From Mayamaea pseudoterrestris (lineage: Eukaryota), in assembly GCA_027923505.1 (NCBI GenBank), contig BROI01000006.1, positions 1,054,001 through 1,118,000 of the forward strand: a DNA stretch of 64,000 nt, given 5' to 3'. Within the stretch, counting starts at the first letter, position 1. Each line of letters starts with the position of its first letter. This document shows positions 11,844-23,132 of this stretch, one piece after another. Below the pieces are notes generated by a model that ran no database searches, had not been told where the DNA came from, and worked only from the letters and a program-made list of their open reading frames with translations. The position numbers were made by a program, and so were the translations under genes.

Positions 11844-12773
11844 TCAAAAGATCCAATTCAAGTCGGCCGACTGGCTGGGAATGTATTCGACAATAACATG
11901 CGAATAATCCATTTGCGGATAGCATACCAATGATGACGCAGATTGATTCCATTGCTTTTGAGTAGACGACGTAAGTATATACGCGACCGAAATAAGAGCA
12001 AATAGCCAGCCAAGGGCAAGTAAACCAAGCATCAGTCGTCGACCTTTGCGAAAGAAGACTTGCTGGATGCAAAGGTACATATCCAGCCAATTGCGAGGAG
12101 CAGAGTCGAGCCAGACCAAGCACTCATTCATGACTGCTTCAAATTTAGTCGACGCAGAGCATGGTTGTTCTTCGGAAACCAACGATGCGCGACAAAGCTT
12201 GCAAACTCCTCCTCCAAAACCTCCCTCGTTAACCAACGCTTGATGATGCGCACTGCTTGTCCAATCTTTGAGCAAATGCGCCAGCTCATTTTCAACGAAA
12301 GATCCATGCTCGCCATCCTCATGTTCGTCATATACCAGCGAATTCTGAGGATGCGGTGACTCGTGCTTTGCGGCATCCCACCAATGCAGAATCTCATGCA
12401 TCTCCTGCACCGTTCGTTCCGCAAAGGATGCTTGGAGAGAAGAGACTGACACTGCGTGACGAGTCTCATTCGCATCCTTGTGAGTCGTCGTCAGGGGCGT
12501 GAACGTTGATAAATGAACGGCATTGCTTTCTTCCTCTTCCTCGTCAGTGCTAGTATTAATAGCGTAAACAGTAAACGCCTCCACGGAATGCAGGGACACC
12601 AAGTCTTCCAACGTTGCATGAGTCGTGGAGCAAGTTTCATCGCAGTTCGAAATGGATTCACACGAGGATTGCTCAGGTTTCATGTGAATGGATGATGGCA
12701 AGCCATGGTCAGCAGCAGTAGGCGGTGTAGCAGGCTCATTCTTCATCATTTTGCTTTCAACAACAACATCCAT
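11844..12773 (-). CDS. Hypothetical protein with one C-terminal TM helix, copy 1
   Basis: ORF of ~309 aa from ATG 12773; hydrophobic segment LMLGLLALGWLFALISVAYIL; no family recognised. Confidence 0.6.
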   Translation of the reverse strand: MDVVVESKMMKNEPATPPTAADHGLPSSIHMKPEQSSCESISNCDETCSTTHATLEDLVSLHSVEAFTVYAINTSTDEEEEESNAVHLSTFTPLTTTHKDANETRHAVSVSSLQASFAERTVQEMHEILHWWDAAKHESPHPQNSLVYDEHEDGEHGSFVENELAHLLKDWTSSAHHQALVNEGGFGGGVCKLCRASLVSEEQPCSASTKFEAVMNECLVWLDSAPRNWLDMYLCIQQVFFRKGRRLMLGLLALGWLFALISVAYILTSSTQKQWNQSASSLVCYPQMDYSHVIVEYIPSQSADLNWIF

Positions 12774-13949
12774 GCTCGCCACGCTACAAAGCTAATATGA
12801 CAACACAGTCAACACGCTTCCCCTTGACTTGCGCTCCACATCCAATAACGGGTTTGAATCTTTCTGCAAGCGTCCGGCATGACATGCTCCTTCGCAAGTC
12901 GGATTTGTGGACGCTCGCCGACTCGAAAACGACGACGCATGCGTGACAAATGTCGCACCGAGACACATTCAAATTGAGGTGCGACACGTTCATCATCACA
13001 ACATTCGTTCCACCATGGCGCAAGATACGTGTGAGGCAGCGCTGGATCTTGCTTGGAGACAGCTACCGGTAGTTGTAGTCAAGTCGGATGTAGGACGATT
13101 CAAGGATCTACGTCTGCCTTCCTAAAATATAAATAATGGAATCATTTCACCGTCGCACCTTGCACCGTTGGCAATTCTGTAGGATTTCGACGAGAATGGA
13201 TCGCATGATCACATAGCGAGACTGATGAGACTTTCCGGACGTCGGAGCTCACTGTGCATAGCGGTAGCTTATCACTTGCCATCGTACAGGAAATGAGACG
13301 CGCCAAAAGTGGTCAACATTTCAGTGCGTAACGTTTGCTGGCCAGAAACAGGAGCCATTGATGCATTTGAGATTTGACATGTATAGATTTTAAGTTGCTG
13401 CACACATTCTATACGTTTGACGAGCTATCTTTGGCAAGATTGCTGGGAAGGCTGTCCAACATGAGATTTTTTGTCAAGAGGGAGTGACCAATGTTCAAGT
13501 TAATTTATCGGACGATGCCGACCATCTCGCTCAATTTGTGCGACTGCTCAATGCCATTGCTTCGTACGAAGGGACATGTCATTAACAAGAGGAAAGGTCT
13601 CTCGTATGCGATTGATTACTCTAAGCACACAGGAACAATCGACCTAATAATGCGAGAGACAATGAATTTCGGAGAATGCCAATGACCTGCATTGTAAACG
13701 TCGTCATGCAGCGAAGGAACACATCCTCAGTATGCCTCCAGGTCGTCCAGTTTTACTAGCCGACAACGATAACCTGGATTGCATATTTCTTTATTTGCGC
13801 GTGCATCCGCTACTTGCGCTTCGTAAAGTAGGAAGCAGCGGCGGCACAAGGTGGTGTCGGTAAGCGAGGAGTAGTCGATGCGAATTGAGCAGCGTGCTGA
13901 ATTGAGTCACGTACATGGCCGCACGATACACATAAAGTATCATTTAAAT

Positions 13950-15740
13950 CTAGTATTGCGTTTTGGACTCATCGTTTGGATTGTTCCACAGAAGTTGGCC
14001 GAGCAAACGCATTGCCTGGTGCATATCGTCACCTACCGGAAGATCCGCGATCTGCTCCCCCTCATTGTTTGAGACCGCTTCTTTGCTCACCAATGTACCG
14101 TCAGAAGTAGCCAAATTATCATTATCAGCTTGATCCTTTGTCTTTAAATTACTTTCCGTTTCTTTCGCATCCTTTATGCTTTCAACTTGTTTTCGTCGCA
14201 GTGACATGTTACGAAAACGCTCCTTTATCGTTTGCAGTTTGCTCTTTGGCTTTAGCTCGGGATGCAACGTATACTTGACACGCTCCGAGCTCCGTCGCAC
14301 AACATGATTGATCAGCGACCCAAAAATAAACACGTATAAAGTGCATGTCAGACTCAACACGTTGAAGGGCATGCTCATGTCTGGCAGCGGAGGTAGGAAC
14401 AAGACTGAATTCGAATGCAACGCGGCACTAGCGTCGTAGCCACAACGGAGGGTGGACAAGTGAACCACGAGCGGCGGTAGTTCCATTCCTCGATTCGGAT
14501 CGGCTGAAAAACTTTCAAACGGAAGGAAAAGTGGGTCGTAGTCGAAGGAAACAAGCAGTGATGATTGTGCAGGAATCGAGTGGTCGAGTCGCAGTTGGAT
14601 GGAGCCACTGTCCAGCACCTTGATGGAACGATTCTCCAACTCATTCCAAAGTATAGCCCTGCTACTTGTGTTTGGTGCGACACAAGTTTCTCCTACATCA
14701 AGTTCTGGTTGTATTGGATAGGATTGCAACATTTCGACGCGCAGCGACTGCCAAATTGGTTTCAACACTCGTGGAATTGTTTGCGTCAATGCGACAGAGG
14801 CGTCGCAAGTGTCATGCAGATTGTCGACCCTCGCAATCATCATTCCTTTGCTGTATGGTTGTTGCTGATAGCGCATGCTGACGCGCCAAAATGGGTCTGG
14901 CGTTGCCAACACTGGAGCGGCCACAATCGTCTCTGACAGCACGCTGCGGCAGGTGCCAAAGTATTTTGTTGCTTCCTCCGATGCTGTCCCATTCATGTAC
15001 AATACTGTTTCATGCCAGTTGCTATTGATTTCGCTAGTCGGTTTAGATAATGACGATTCAGTTGCAGTCAGCAGCGAAATTTGAGATAGTGCGCACGACG
15101 ATTCAGTCACGCTGTCTGTAGCCTTTGTAGCAACGCTCAATGGGATCAAGTCTTTTAATGCCAAACCATCGAGTGCGCCGGACACTGGTCGCGAATAGTA
15201 AAGCCCATATTTCCATATTCCTTCTGCTACACTCGTTGCTTGTTGATTGCCGCAATGCATGCTTTCATTGTGCATTCTCCACTCCATCCATAGTCCACGT
15301 CCATCATGTTTGCTGCTGCCGCCGCCGCCGCCAGCAGCACTCGCCAGTCGCCCCAGTAGTATCTGCGACCAAACCGTGGCGTTTGGTTGCAGCGTCGTCA
15401 AATATGGAGCGTCGTAGGAGTGGTCAATGTCATACTGCTGCGACAATGTTTGTTCTTTTTGTAACAGCATTTGCAAGCCTTCGGCCGACAGTGGACTCCC
15501 TTGGAATGGTAGCGTCGTGCTGTACTCGACCAGTCTATGAGTAACTTTTGCAGAATTGTTTGCCGCTGCTAATGGCGACGACGACGACGACATCGCTGGT
15601 CTAGTACTATCGTCAACCTGACTTATGTCAACGTGCCGTCGCAGTCCTTGCCCGTGCTGCAGCGATGCGAGTGGAGCAGCGATCCACCGATCCCCCACCA
15701 ATCGCTGGAGAATCTTGTGAAAAGTAGCAAGATCATCATT
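13950..15740 (-). pseudogene. 5'-truncated copy of PIG-T/Gpi16
   Basis: Matches 17940-19730 but lacks the first ~124 codons, which are cut at the duplication junction. Confidence 0.75.
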
Positions 15741-15833
15741 CGCGTGTGTTAATTTATTTTGTTTATGAAATTATAATGAGCGTTCATGTGCAGAGACGCA
15801 AGGGACGATTTCAATCGTCGAGTGCCTCGTGGT

Positions 15834-16763
15834 TCAAAAGATCCAATTCAAGTCGGCCGACTGGCTGGGAATGTATTCGACAATAACATGCGAATAATCC
15901 ATTTGCGGATAGCATACCAATGATGACGCAGATTGATTCCATTGCTTTTGAGTAGACGACGTAAGTATATACGCGACCGAAATAAGAGCAAATAGCCAGC
16001 CAAGGGCAAGTAAACCAAGCATCAGTCGTCGACCTTTGCGAAAGAAGACTTGCTGGATGCAAAGGTACATATCCAGCCAATTGCGAGGAGCAGAGTCGAG
16101 CCAGACCAAGCACTCATTCATGACTGCTTCAAATTTAGTCGACGCAGAGCATGGTTGTTCTTCGGAAACCAACGATGCGCGACAAAGCTTGCAAACTCCT
16201 CCTCCAAAACCTCCCTCGTTAACCAACGCTTGATGATGCGCACTGCTTGTCCAATCTTTGAGCAAATGCGCCAGCTCATTTTCAACGAAAGATCCATGCT
16301 CGCCATCCTCATGTTCGTCATATACCAGCGAATTCTGAGGATGCGGTGACTCGTGCTTTGCGGCATCCCACCAATGCAGAATCTCATGCATCTCCTGCAC
16401 CGTTCGTTCCGCAAAGGATGCTTGGAGAGAAGAGACTGACACTGCGTGACGAGTCTCATTCGCATCCTTGTGAGTCGTCGTCAGGGGCGTGAACGTTGAT
16501 AAATGAACGGCATTGCTTTCTTCCTCTTCCTCGTCAGTGCTAGTATTAATAGCGTAAACAGTAAACGCCTCCACGGAATGCAGGGACACCAAGTCTTCCA
16601 ACGTTGCATGAGTCGTGGAGCAAGTTTCATCGCAGTTCGAAATGGATTCACACGAGGATTGCTCAGGTTTCATGTGAATGGATGATGGCAAGCCATGGTC
16701 AGCAGCAGTAGGCGGTGTAGCAGGCTCATTCTTCATCATTTTGCTTTCAACAACAACATCCAT
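15834..16763 (-). CDS. Hypothetical membrane protein, copy 2
   Basis: Identical translation to 11844-12773. Confidence 0.6.
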   Translation of the reverse strand: MDVVVESKMMKNEPATPPTAADHGLPSSIHMKPEQSSCESISNCDETCSTTHATLEDLVSLHSVEAFTVYAINTSTDEEEEESNAVHLSTFTPLTTTHKDANETRHAVSVSSLQASFAERTVQEMHEILHWWDAAKHESPHPQNSLVYDEHEDGEHGSFVENELAHLLKDWTSSAHHQALVNEGGFGGGVCKLCRASLVSEEQPCSASTKFEAVMNECLVWLDSAPRNWLDMYLCIQQVFFRKGRRLMLGLLALGWLFALISVAYILTSSTQKQWNQSASSLVCYPQMDYSHVIVEYIPSQSADLNWIF

Positions 16764-17939
16764 GCTCGCCACGCTACAAAGCTAATATGACAACACAGTC
16801 AACACGCTTCCCCTTGACTTGCGCTCCACATCCAATAACGGGTTTGAATCTTTCTGCAAGCGTCCGGCATGACATGCTCCTTCGCAAGTCGGATTTGTGG
16901 ACGCTCGCCGACTCGAAAACGACGACGCATGCGTGACAAATGTCGCACCGAGACACATTCAAATTGAGGTGCGACACGTTCATCATCACAACATTCGTTC
17001 CACCATGGCGCAAGATACGTGTGAGGCAGCGCTGGATCTTGCTTGGAGACAGCTACCGGTAGTTGTAGTCAAGTCGGATGTAGGACGATTCAAGGATCTA
17101 CGTCTGCCTTCCTAAAATATAAATAATGGAATCATTTCACCGTCGCACCTTGCACCGTTGGCAATTCTGTAGGATTTCGACGAGAATGGATCGCATGATC
17201 ACATAGCGAGACTGATGAGACTTTCCGGACGTCGGAGCTCACTGTGCATAGCGGTAGCTTATCACTTGCCATCGTACAGGAAATGAGACGCGCCAAAAGT
17301 GGTCAACATTTCAGTGCGTAACGTTTGCTGGCCAGAAACAGGAGCCATTGATGCATTTGAGATTTGACATGTATAGATTTTAAGTTGCTGCACACATTCT
17401 ATACGTTTGACGAGCTATCTTTGGCAAGATTGCTGGGAAGGCTGTCCAACATGAGATTTTTTGTCAAGAGGGAGTGACCAATGTTCAAGTTAATTTATCG
17501 GACGATGCCGACCATCTCGCTCAATTTGTGCGACTGCTCAATGCCATTGCTTCGTACGAAGGGACATGTCATTAACAAGAGGAAAGGTCTCTCGTATGCG
17601 ATTGATTACTCTAAGCACACAGGAACAATCGACCTAATAATGCGAGAGACAATGAATTTCGGAGAATGCCAATGACCTGCATTGTAAACGTCGTCATGCA
17701 GCGAAGGAACACATCCTCAGTATGCCTCCAGGTCGTCCAGTTTTACTAGCCGACAACGATAACCTGGATTGCATATTTCTTTATTTGCGCGTGCATCCGC
17801 TACTTGCGCTTCGTAAAGTAGGAAGCAGCGGCGGCACAAGGTGGTGTCGGTAAGCGAGGAGTAGTCGATGCGAATTGAGCAGCGTGCTGAATTGAGTCAC
17901 GTACATGGCCGCACGATACACATAAAGTATCATTTAAAT

Positions 17940-19974
17940 CTAGTATTGCGTTTTGGACTCATCGTTTGGATTGTTCCACAGAAGTTGGCCGAGCAAACGC
18001 ATTGCCTGGTGCATATCGTCACCTACCGGAAGATCCGCGATCTGCTCCCCCTCATTGTTTGAGACCGCTTCTTTGCTCACCAATGTACCGTCAGAAGTAG
18101 CCAAATTATCATTATCAGCTTGATCCTTTGTCTTTAAATTACTTTCCGTTTCTTTCGCATCCTTTATGCTTTCAACTTGTTTTCGTCGCAGTGACATGTT
18201 ACGAAAACGCTCCTTTATCGTTTGCAGTTTGCTCTTTGGCTTTAGCTCGGGATGCAACGTATACTTGACACGCTCCGAGCTCCGTCGCACAACATGATTG
18301 ATCAGCGACCCAAAAATAAACACGTATAAAGTGCATGTCAGACTCAACACGTTGAAGGGCATGCTCATGTCTGGCAGCGGAGGTAGGAACAAGACTGAAT
18401 TCGAATGCAACGCGGCACTAGCGTCGTAGCCACAACGGAGGGTGGACAAGTGAACCACGAGCGGCGGTAGTTCCATTCCTCGATTCGGATCGGCTGAAAA
18501 ACTTTCAAACGGAAGGAAAAGTGGGTCGTAGTCGAAGGAAACAAGCAGTGATGATTGTGCAGGAATCGAGTGGTCGAGTCGCAGTTGGATGGAGCCACTG
18601 TCCAGCACCTTGATGGAACGATTCTCCAACTCATTCCAAAGTATAGCCCTGCTACTTGTGTTTGGTGCGACACAAGTTTCTCCTACATCAAGTTCTGGTT
18701 GTATTGGATAGGATTGCAACATTTCGACGCGCAGCGACTGCCAAATTGGTTTCAACACTCGTGGAATTGTTTGCGTCAATGCGACAGAGGCGTCGCAAGT
18801 GTCATGCAGATTGTCGACCCTCGCAATCATCATTCCTTTGCTGTATGGTTGTTGCTGATAGCGCATGCTGACGCGCCAAAATGGGTCTGGCGTTGCCAAC
18901 ACTGGAGCGGCCACAATCGTCTCTGACAGCACGCTGCGGCAGGTGCCAAAGTATTTTGTTGCTTCCTCCGATGCTGTCCCATTCATGTACAATACTGTTT
19001 CATGCCAGTTGCTATTGATTTCGCTAGTCGGTTTAGATAATGACGATTCAGTTGCAGTCAGCAGCGAAATTTGAGATAGTGCGCACGACGATTCAGTCAC
19101 GCTGTCTGTAGCCTTTGTAGCAACGCTCAATGGGATCAAGTCTTTTAATGCCAAACCATCGAGTGCGCCGGACACTGGTCGCGAATAGTAAAGCCCATAT
19201 TTCCATATTCCTTCTGCTACACTCGTTGCTTGTTGATTGCCGCAATGCATGCTTTCATTGTGCATTCTCCACTCCATCCATAGTCCACGTCCATCATGTT
19301 TGCTGCTGCCGCCGCCGCCGCCAGCAGCACTCGCCAGTCGCCCCAGTAGTATCTGCGACCAAACCGTGGCGTTTGGTTGCAGCGTCGTCAAATATGGAGC
19401 GTCGTAGGAGTGGTCAATGTCATACTGCTGCGACAATGTTTGTTCTTTTTGTAACAGCATTTGCAAGCCTTCGGCCGACAGTGGACTCCCTTGGAATGGT
19501 AGCGTCGTGCTGTACTCGACCAGTCTATGAGTAACTTTTGCAGAATTGTTTGCCGCTGCTAATGGCGACGACGACGACGACATCGCTGGTCTAGTACTAT
19601 CGTCAACCTGACTTATGTCAACGTGCCGTCGCAGTCCTTGCCCGTGCTGCAGCGATGCGAGTGGAGCAGCGATCCACCGATCCCCCACCAATCGCTGGAG
19701 AATCTTGTAAAAAGTAGCAATATCATCATTGCCATTAGTTTTTAATGGTTGCTTGATGGTAGCAGATACATGAACTCCCGACGGACCGTAAAGGAATGAT
19801 TGTGAATGTGAATGAGAGGATGGAAAATAATCAAAGGAACGTCGATTCACCGAGACGCGTAGGCGAGCCACTCCATACTCGACTAGCCAAGACATTTCAC
19901 TTTGCCTTCGTCTCTCGATTAAAAATGGCAAGTTTCCTGTTAAATGAACATGGTAGTGCACGACGGAGGAAGAG

Positions 19975-20010
<36 letters not shown>

Positions 20011-20102
20011 CCAGCATCTTCGTTTGCTTGGTCCTTGACGGCAGCAACGTAGATTCGATAGTCACTATGACCATTACTACTGCTATTGCTGCTGCTGCTC
20101 AT
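17940..20102 (-). CDS. PIGT: GPI transamidase subunit PIG-T/Gpi16-like
   Basis: PDMSMPFNVLSLTCT followed by a TM helix (compare PDFSMPYNV.LT), ADPNRG and GPSGVHVSA; 720-aa ORF. Confidence 0.8.
19975..20009 (+). repeat. (GAC)n microsatellite encoding poly-Ser in PIG-T
   Basis: About 11 GAC units. Confidence 0.9.
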
Positions 20103-20327
20103 GATATGTTCAATGTATCATGCGAATAGCTACGTTAAAGGCGTCGCGGCGTTGCGGTCGTTGTAATCAAGCAAGGTAGAAGAGGTGAACCTCTTGCGCG
20201 GCGGTCGAATGATGGCGAATCAGCAAAAATGAAAGACATTGAAAAGACAGCGCAAGAAGGTGAACCATGTTGTAAACTGCATCATCATCCAAAGAATTCA
20301 GTTTGTGTATGACCAAGATTAGGTTTG

Positions 20328-22160
20328 TTATAAATTATCATCTGATCCATCCGTGTCATCAAACATCATGGCCAGATTGACCGAATCATCCTCATCGTCA
20401 TCACTCAATGATCTTGGTGAAAAATCATGTTCATCCATGCGATTCACAATGGATAGTCCCATTCGATGTGCACTAGCCATTTCCACGGTGCCACTACCAA
20501 TATTATTTGCATGCTGCGCTCTCAAAGAATTCGCGGCAGAAACAGCTTGTGCCGCATTCTTGAGCGAGGCTGGAATGTCAATATAGTCCTGACGACAGGA
20601 TGGACAGGTAGGTCGTCGTATGAGCCAGTCAGAAATGCACTCAAGGTGAAAGGCGTGCTTGCAGAGAACATTCTTCGACCAGGCAACCACGTCGCCCTCT
20701 TCGTATTCGCCAAGGCAGATGTCGCAAATAATTTCGTCGTGACGAGACGTTGAGCAAGCGTATGCTGGAGGAAGAGGATAAACAATGTTTTTAACGTCAT
20801 TGTCAAGCTCTGCATGGTCGCTCTTGTTGACATCATGCAAGTCAAGATCCAATGGCCCGCTTAAATTGTTACAGCATGTACCGGTAGGTTGATCGGAACA
20901 TACATTAGCATTGCCGTCAGAACCGAGTGATGAAATGTCCATACGCTCGACTAGATTGAAAGGAGCATCAAGATCCATATCATTATCATTTTCCTCTGGT
21001 CGTTCGAGACGCCTTGGAGGACGCGGAGCTAGACAGACGATGCAGTGTAAACACGCCACTTCATTCGCAAGAGTGCATGCAGTGCAGGTCCACTCGTCCT
21101 TGCTGTCCAAATGATCATCTTCCGCCAAGGACTCCACAGTCATCGCCGCAGCAGCAGCAGCAGCAGTAGCTTGTTCATCCTGGAAATCCTCCTTTGTCTC
21201 TTCCTTTTTCGTTCTGAGCAAAGCTGCGGCGTCCTTTCGTGGTAGCTGATGATTTATTACTTCATCGGACATGCTCGAATGGCTCTTGTCTGCAGCAGCT
21301 CCTACTGCCTCAGCTTCGTCCACTGATCCCATTAGCTTTATTTCACTGGTCGAAAGAGGCTTAGAAAATAGATAGCAAATGGATTGTTCGTGTCCATTGT
21401 CAAGCGCAGTCGGCCAGTACGCTGCTTGTTCCGACGCTTGATGCTTCAAAAGATTGACACCCCACACTTGGTCAAAGGTACAATTTGTCGTCTTCACCGT
21501 CTCCACTCCAATACACTTTCGCTTGACAATCAAATCTTGAATCTGCTCCAAGGATAGTCCCGGTGGCGTTTCGGGTGCCGCTGCCGCCGCCGCGAGAGAT
21601 TGATCGGATATCAAGGCGCGCCAAAGCAGTCGCGGCGGAACGGGCGACTCGGTGCAGCAATAGTACATGCACGAGAGTCCCAGCAAGAATATGAGTAGGG
21701 GCAAGCAAAAGAAGACTCCAAACAACAAAACTCCAATGATTGCAAACATAATAATCAATGGAAGAATTAGAATCGACGTGATTCGACAAAATGATTGGTA
21801 GCAACCATGGCAGCAGCAAGTGCTACCTTGATACCGACGATTGCGATTCACGATACGTCGATCCTGCGCTCGTTGGCGAAACTCGGCGCGGCGCATGCGA
21901 GCCTCCATGCGTCGGCGTTGGCGCAATGAGATTGGTGGCGGTGGAGCAGGAGGAGGAGCGACTTCGGCGGCGGATGATGCCAGTCGTACTGGATCATGAT
22001 CCATCGAAACGAAGGGATCGTTGGAGAGAATGTGAGCAATTCGATCTCGCATCATAACCTCAAAGGCAAGAGTTTCATCCGCTGCAGTGCTCATGGTTGC
22101 CTGCAACTTGTAGATTTTATCGGGATCGCAAAAAGGTTGCGTGTGGTTTTCTCGTGCCAT
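20328..22160 (-). CDS. Membrane RING-H2 E3 ligase with a RanBP2-type zinc finger
   Basis: TM segment followed by YYCC; WTCTACTLANEVACLHCIVC; CDICLGEY...CKHAFHLECISDWL...CPSCR. Confidence 0.88.
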   Translation of the reverse strand: MARENHTQPFCDPDKIYKLQATMSTAADETLAFEVMMRDRIAHILSNDPFVSMDHDPVRLASSAAEVAPPPAPPPPISLRQRRRMEARMRRAEFRQRAQDRRIVNRNRRYQGSTCCCHGCYQSFCRITSILILPLIIMFAIIGVLLFGVFFCLPLLIFLLGLSCMYYCCTESPVPPRLLWRALISDQSLAAAAAAPETPPGLSLEQIQDLIVKRKCIGVETVKTTNCTFDQVWGVNLLKHQASEQAAYWPTALDNGHEQSICYLFSKPLSTSEIKLMGSVDEAEAVGAAADKSHSSMSDEVINHQLPRKDAAALLRTKKEETKEDFQDEQATAAAAAAAMTVESLAEDDHLDSKDEWTCTACTLANEVACLHCIVCLAPRPPRRLERPEENDNDMDLDAPFNLVERMDISSLGSDGNANVCSDQPTGTCCNNLSGPLDLDLHDVNKSDHAELDNDVKNIVYPLPPAYACSTSRHDEIICDICLGEYEEGDVVAWSKNVLCKHAFHLECISDWLIRRPTCPSCRQDYIDIPASLKNAAQAVSAANSLRAQHANNIGSGTVEMASAHRMGLSIVNRMDEHDFSPRSLSDDDEDDSVNLAMMFDDTDGSDDNL

Positions 22161-22406
22161 TTTCGCGTTCCTTCCACGCCGATGGATGACCTCATGTCGT
22201 ATAGTTACTGCAAGCGTGACAGAAGTCGTACTGGTTATCCGATTTTCTTGCGCATTTCCAATCCACCGTCAATTTCTCGCCATGGCACAATCGCTTTTTA
22301 TACTACCGTACGCAATCTCCAAGTCACGAAGCCAACAGCGCAGCTATTCGAGGCACTAAAGAAGCCGCACCTCGAACAAGAGCGAATTTCATAACCCCTG
22401 TTGAAA

Positions 22407-23048
22407 ATGACTAACGAGCAATCCATATCAGCCTCCCTCGAAGCATTCGTTGCCGATCGACTATCAGCACTCGGACTAGACGCAGAAACGTATGCACCCT
22501 ATTTATTACCCGTTGTTTTACACAAGGAAGACGATGTTGAAGATGAATGGGAAGGGGTTTTGGAGCTGCTTCAGGCGTCATCCGAAACTCATTCCGATGA
22601 TGAGAATTGTTGGAAGCAACTGCGAATCGACGTTACGTTGGAACATGAGCGACTTGCAGAACAAGAAGAAGGACGACGCGAGCAGCAACGACTTGAGCGA
22701 GAAAAGGTGGAGGAGAATAGACTGCAATTGCTACAAGCAGAGACGTTAGCAAAGCAATCTGCGACGGAACCGAACGGAAACAAGAAAGATCCGGAACTGG
22801 ATGCGGCCAAAAAGGCACTACTTGCTCGCTTTGCCTATGAGGACAGCGACGACGACTTGGACGAGGAGGAAGATACCGACGAACTCAAGACTGCACCCAT
22901 AACCACTGCTGCTGCAGCGACCAATGCACCAGTCGCACCAACGGGTAAGCAGGCTGAGCGGCAAAAGACAAAGCAGGCCAAGGAATCCAAAGTTGCGGCA
23001 AAGGAGGAACGACGCAAGCGAGCGCAAAAGGGTGAGCGAAAGAGATGA
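22407..23048 (+). CDS. CCDC43-like coiled-coil protein
   Basis: N-terminal LSALGLDAETYAPY, KALLARFAY, acidic tract, C-terminal EERRKRAQKGERKR. Confidence 0.7.
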   Translation: MTNEQSISASLEAFVADRLSALGLDAETYAPYLLPVVLHKEDDVEDEWEGVLELLQASSETHSDDENCWKQLRIDVTLEHERLAEQEEGRREQQRLEREKVEENRLQLLQAETLAKQSATEPNGNKKDPELDAAKKALLARFAYEDSDDDLDEEEDTDELKTAPITTAAAATNAPVAPTGKQAERQKTKQAKESKVAAKEERRKRAQKGERKR

Positions 23049-23132
23049 TGCAAATTTAATGTAACTGTAATTTAATATCGTATATATTATCGTCCATTAC
23101 GAAACTACCAACGCGCCATGCTTGTTTTGCAT

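Larger units (their letters stand above)
11750..19730. repeat. Tandem segmental duplication 3, period 3990 bp (11750-15739 / 15740-19730)
   Basis: Junction ATCATCAT|TCGCGTGTG at ~15740; the ORFs repeat at +3990. Confidence 0.97.
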
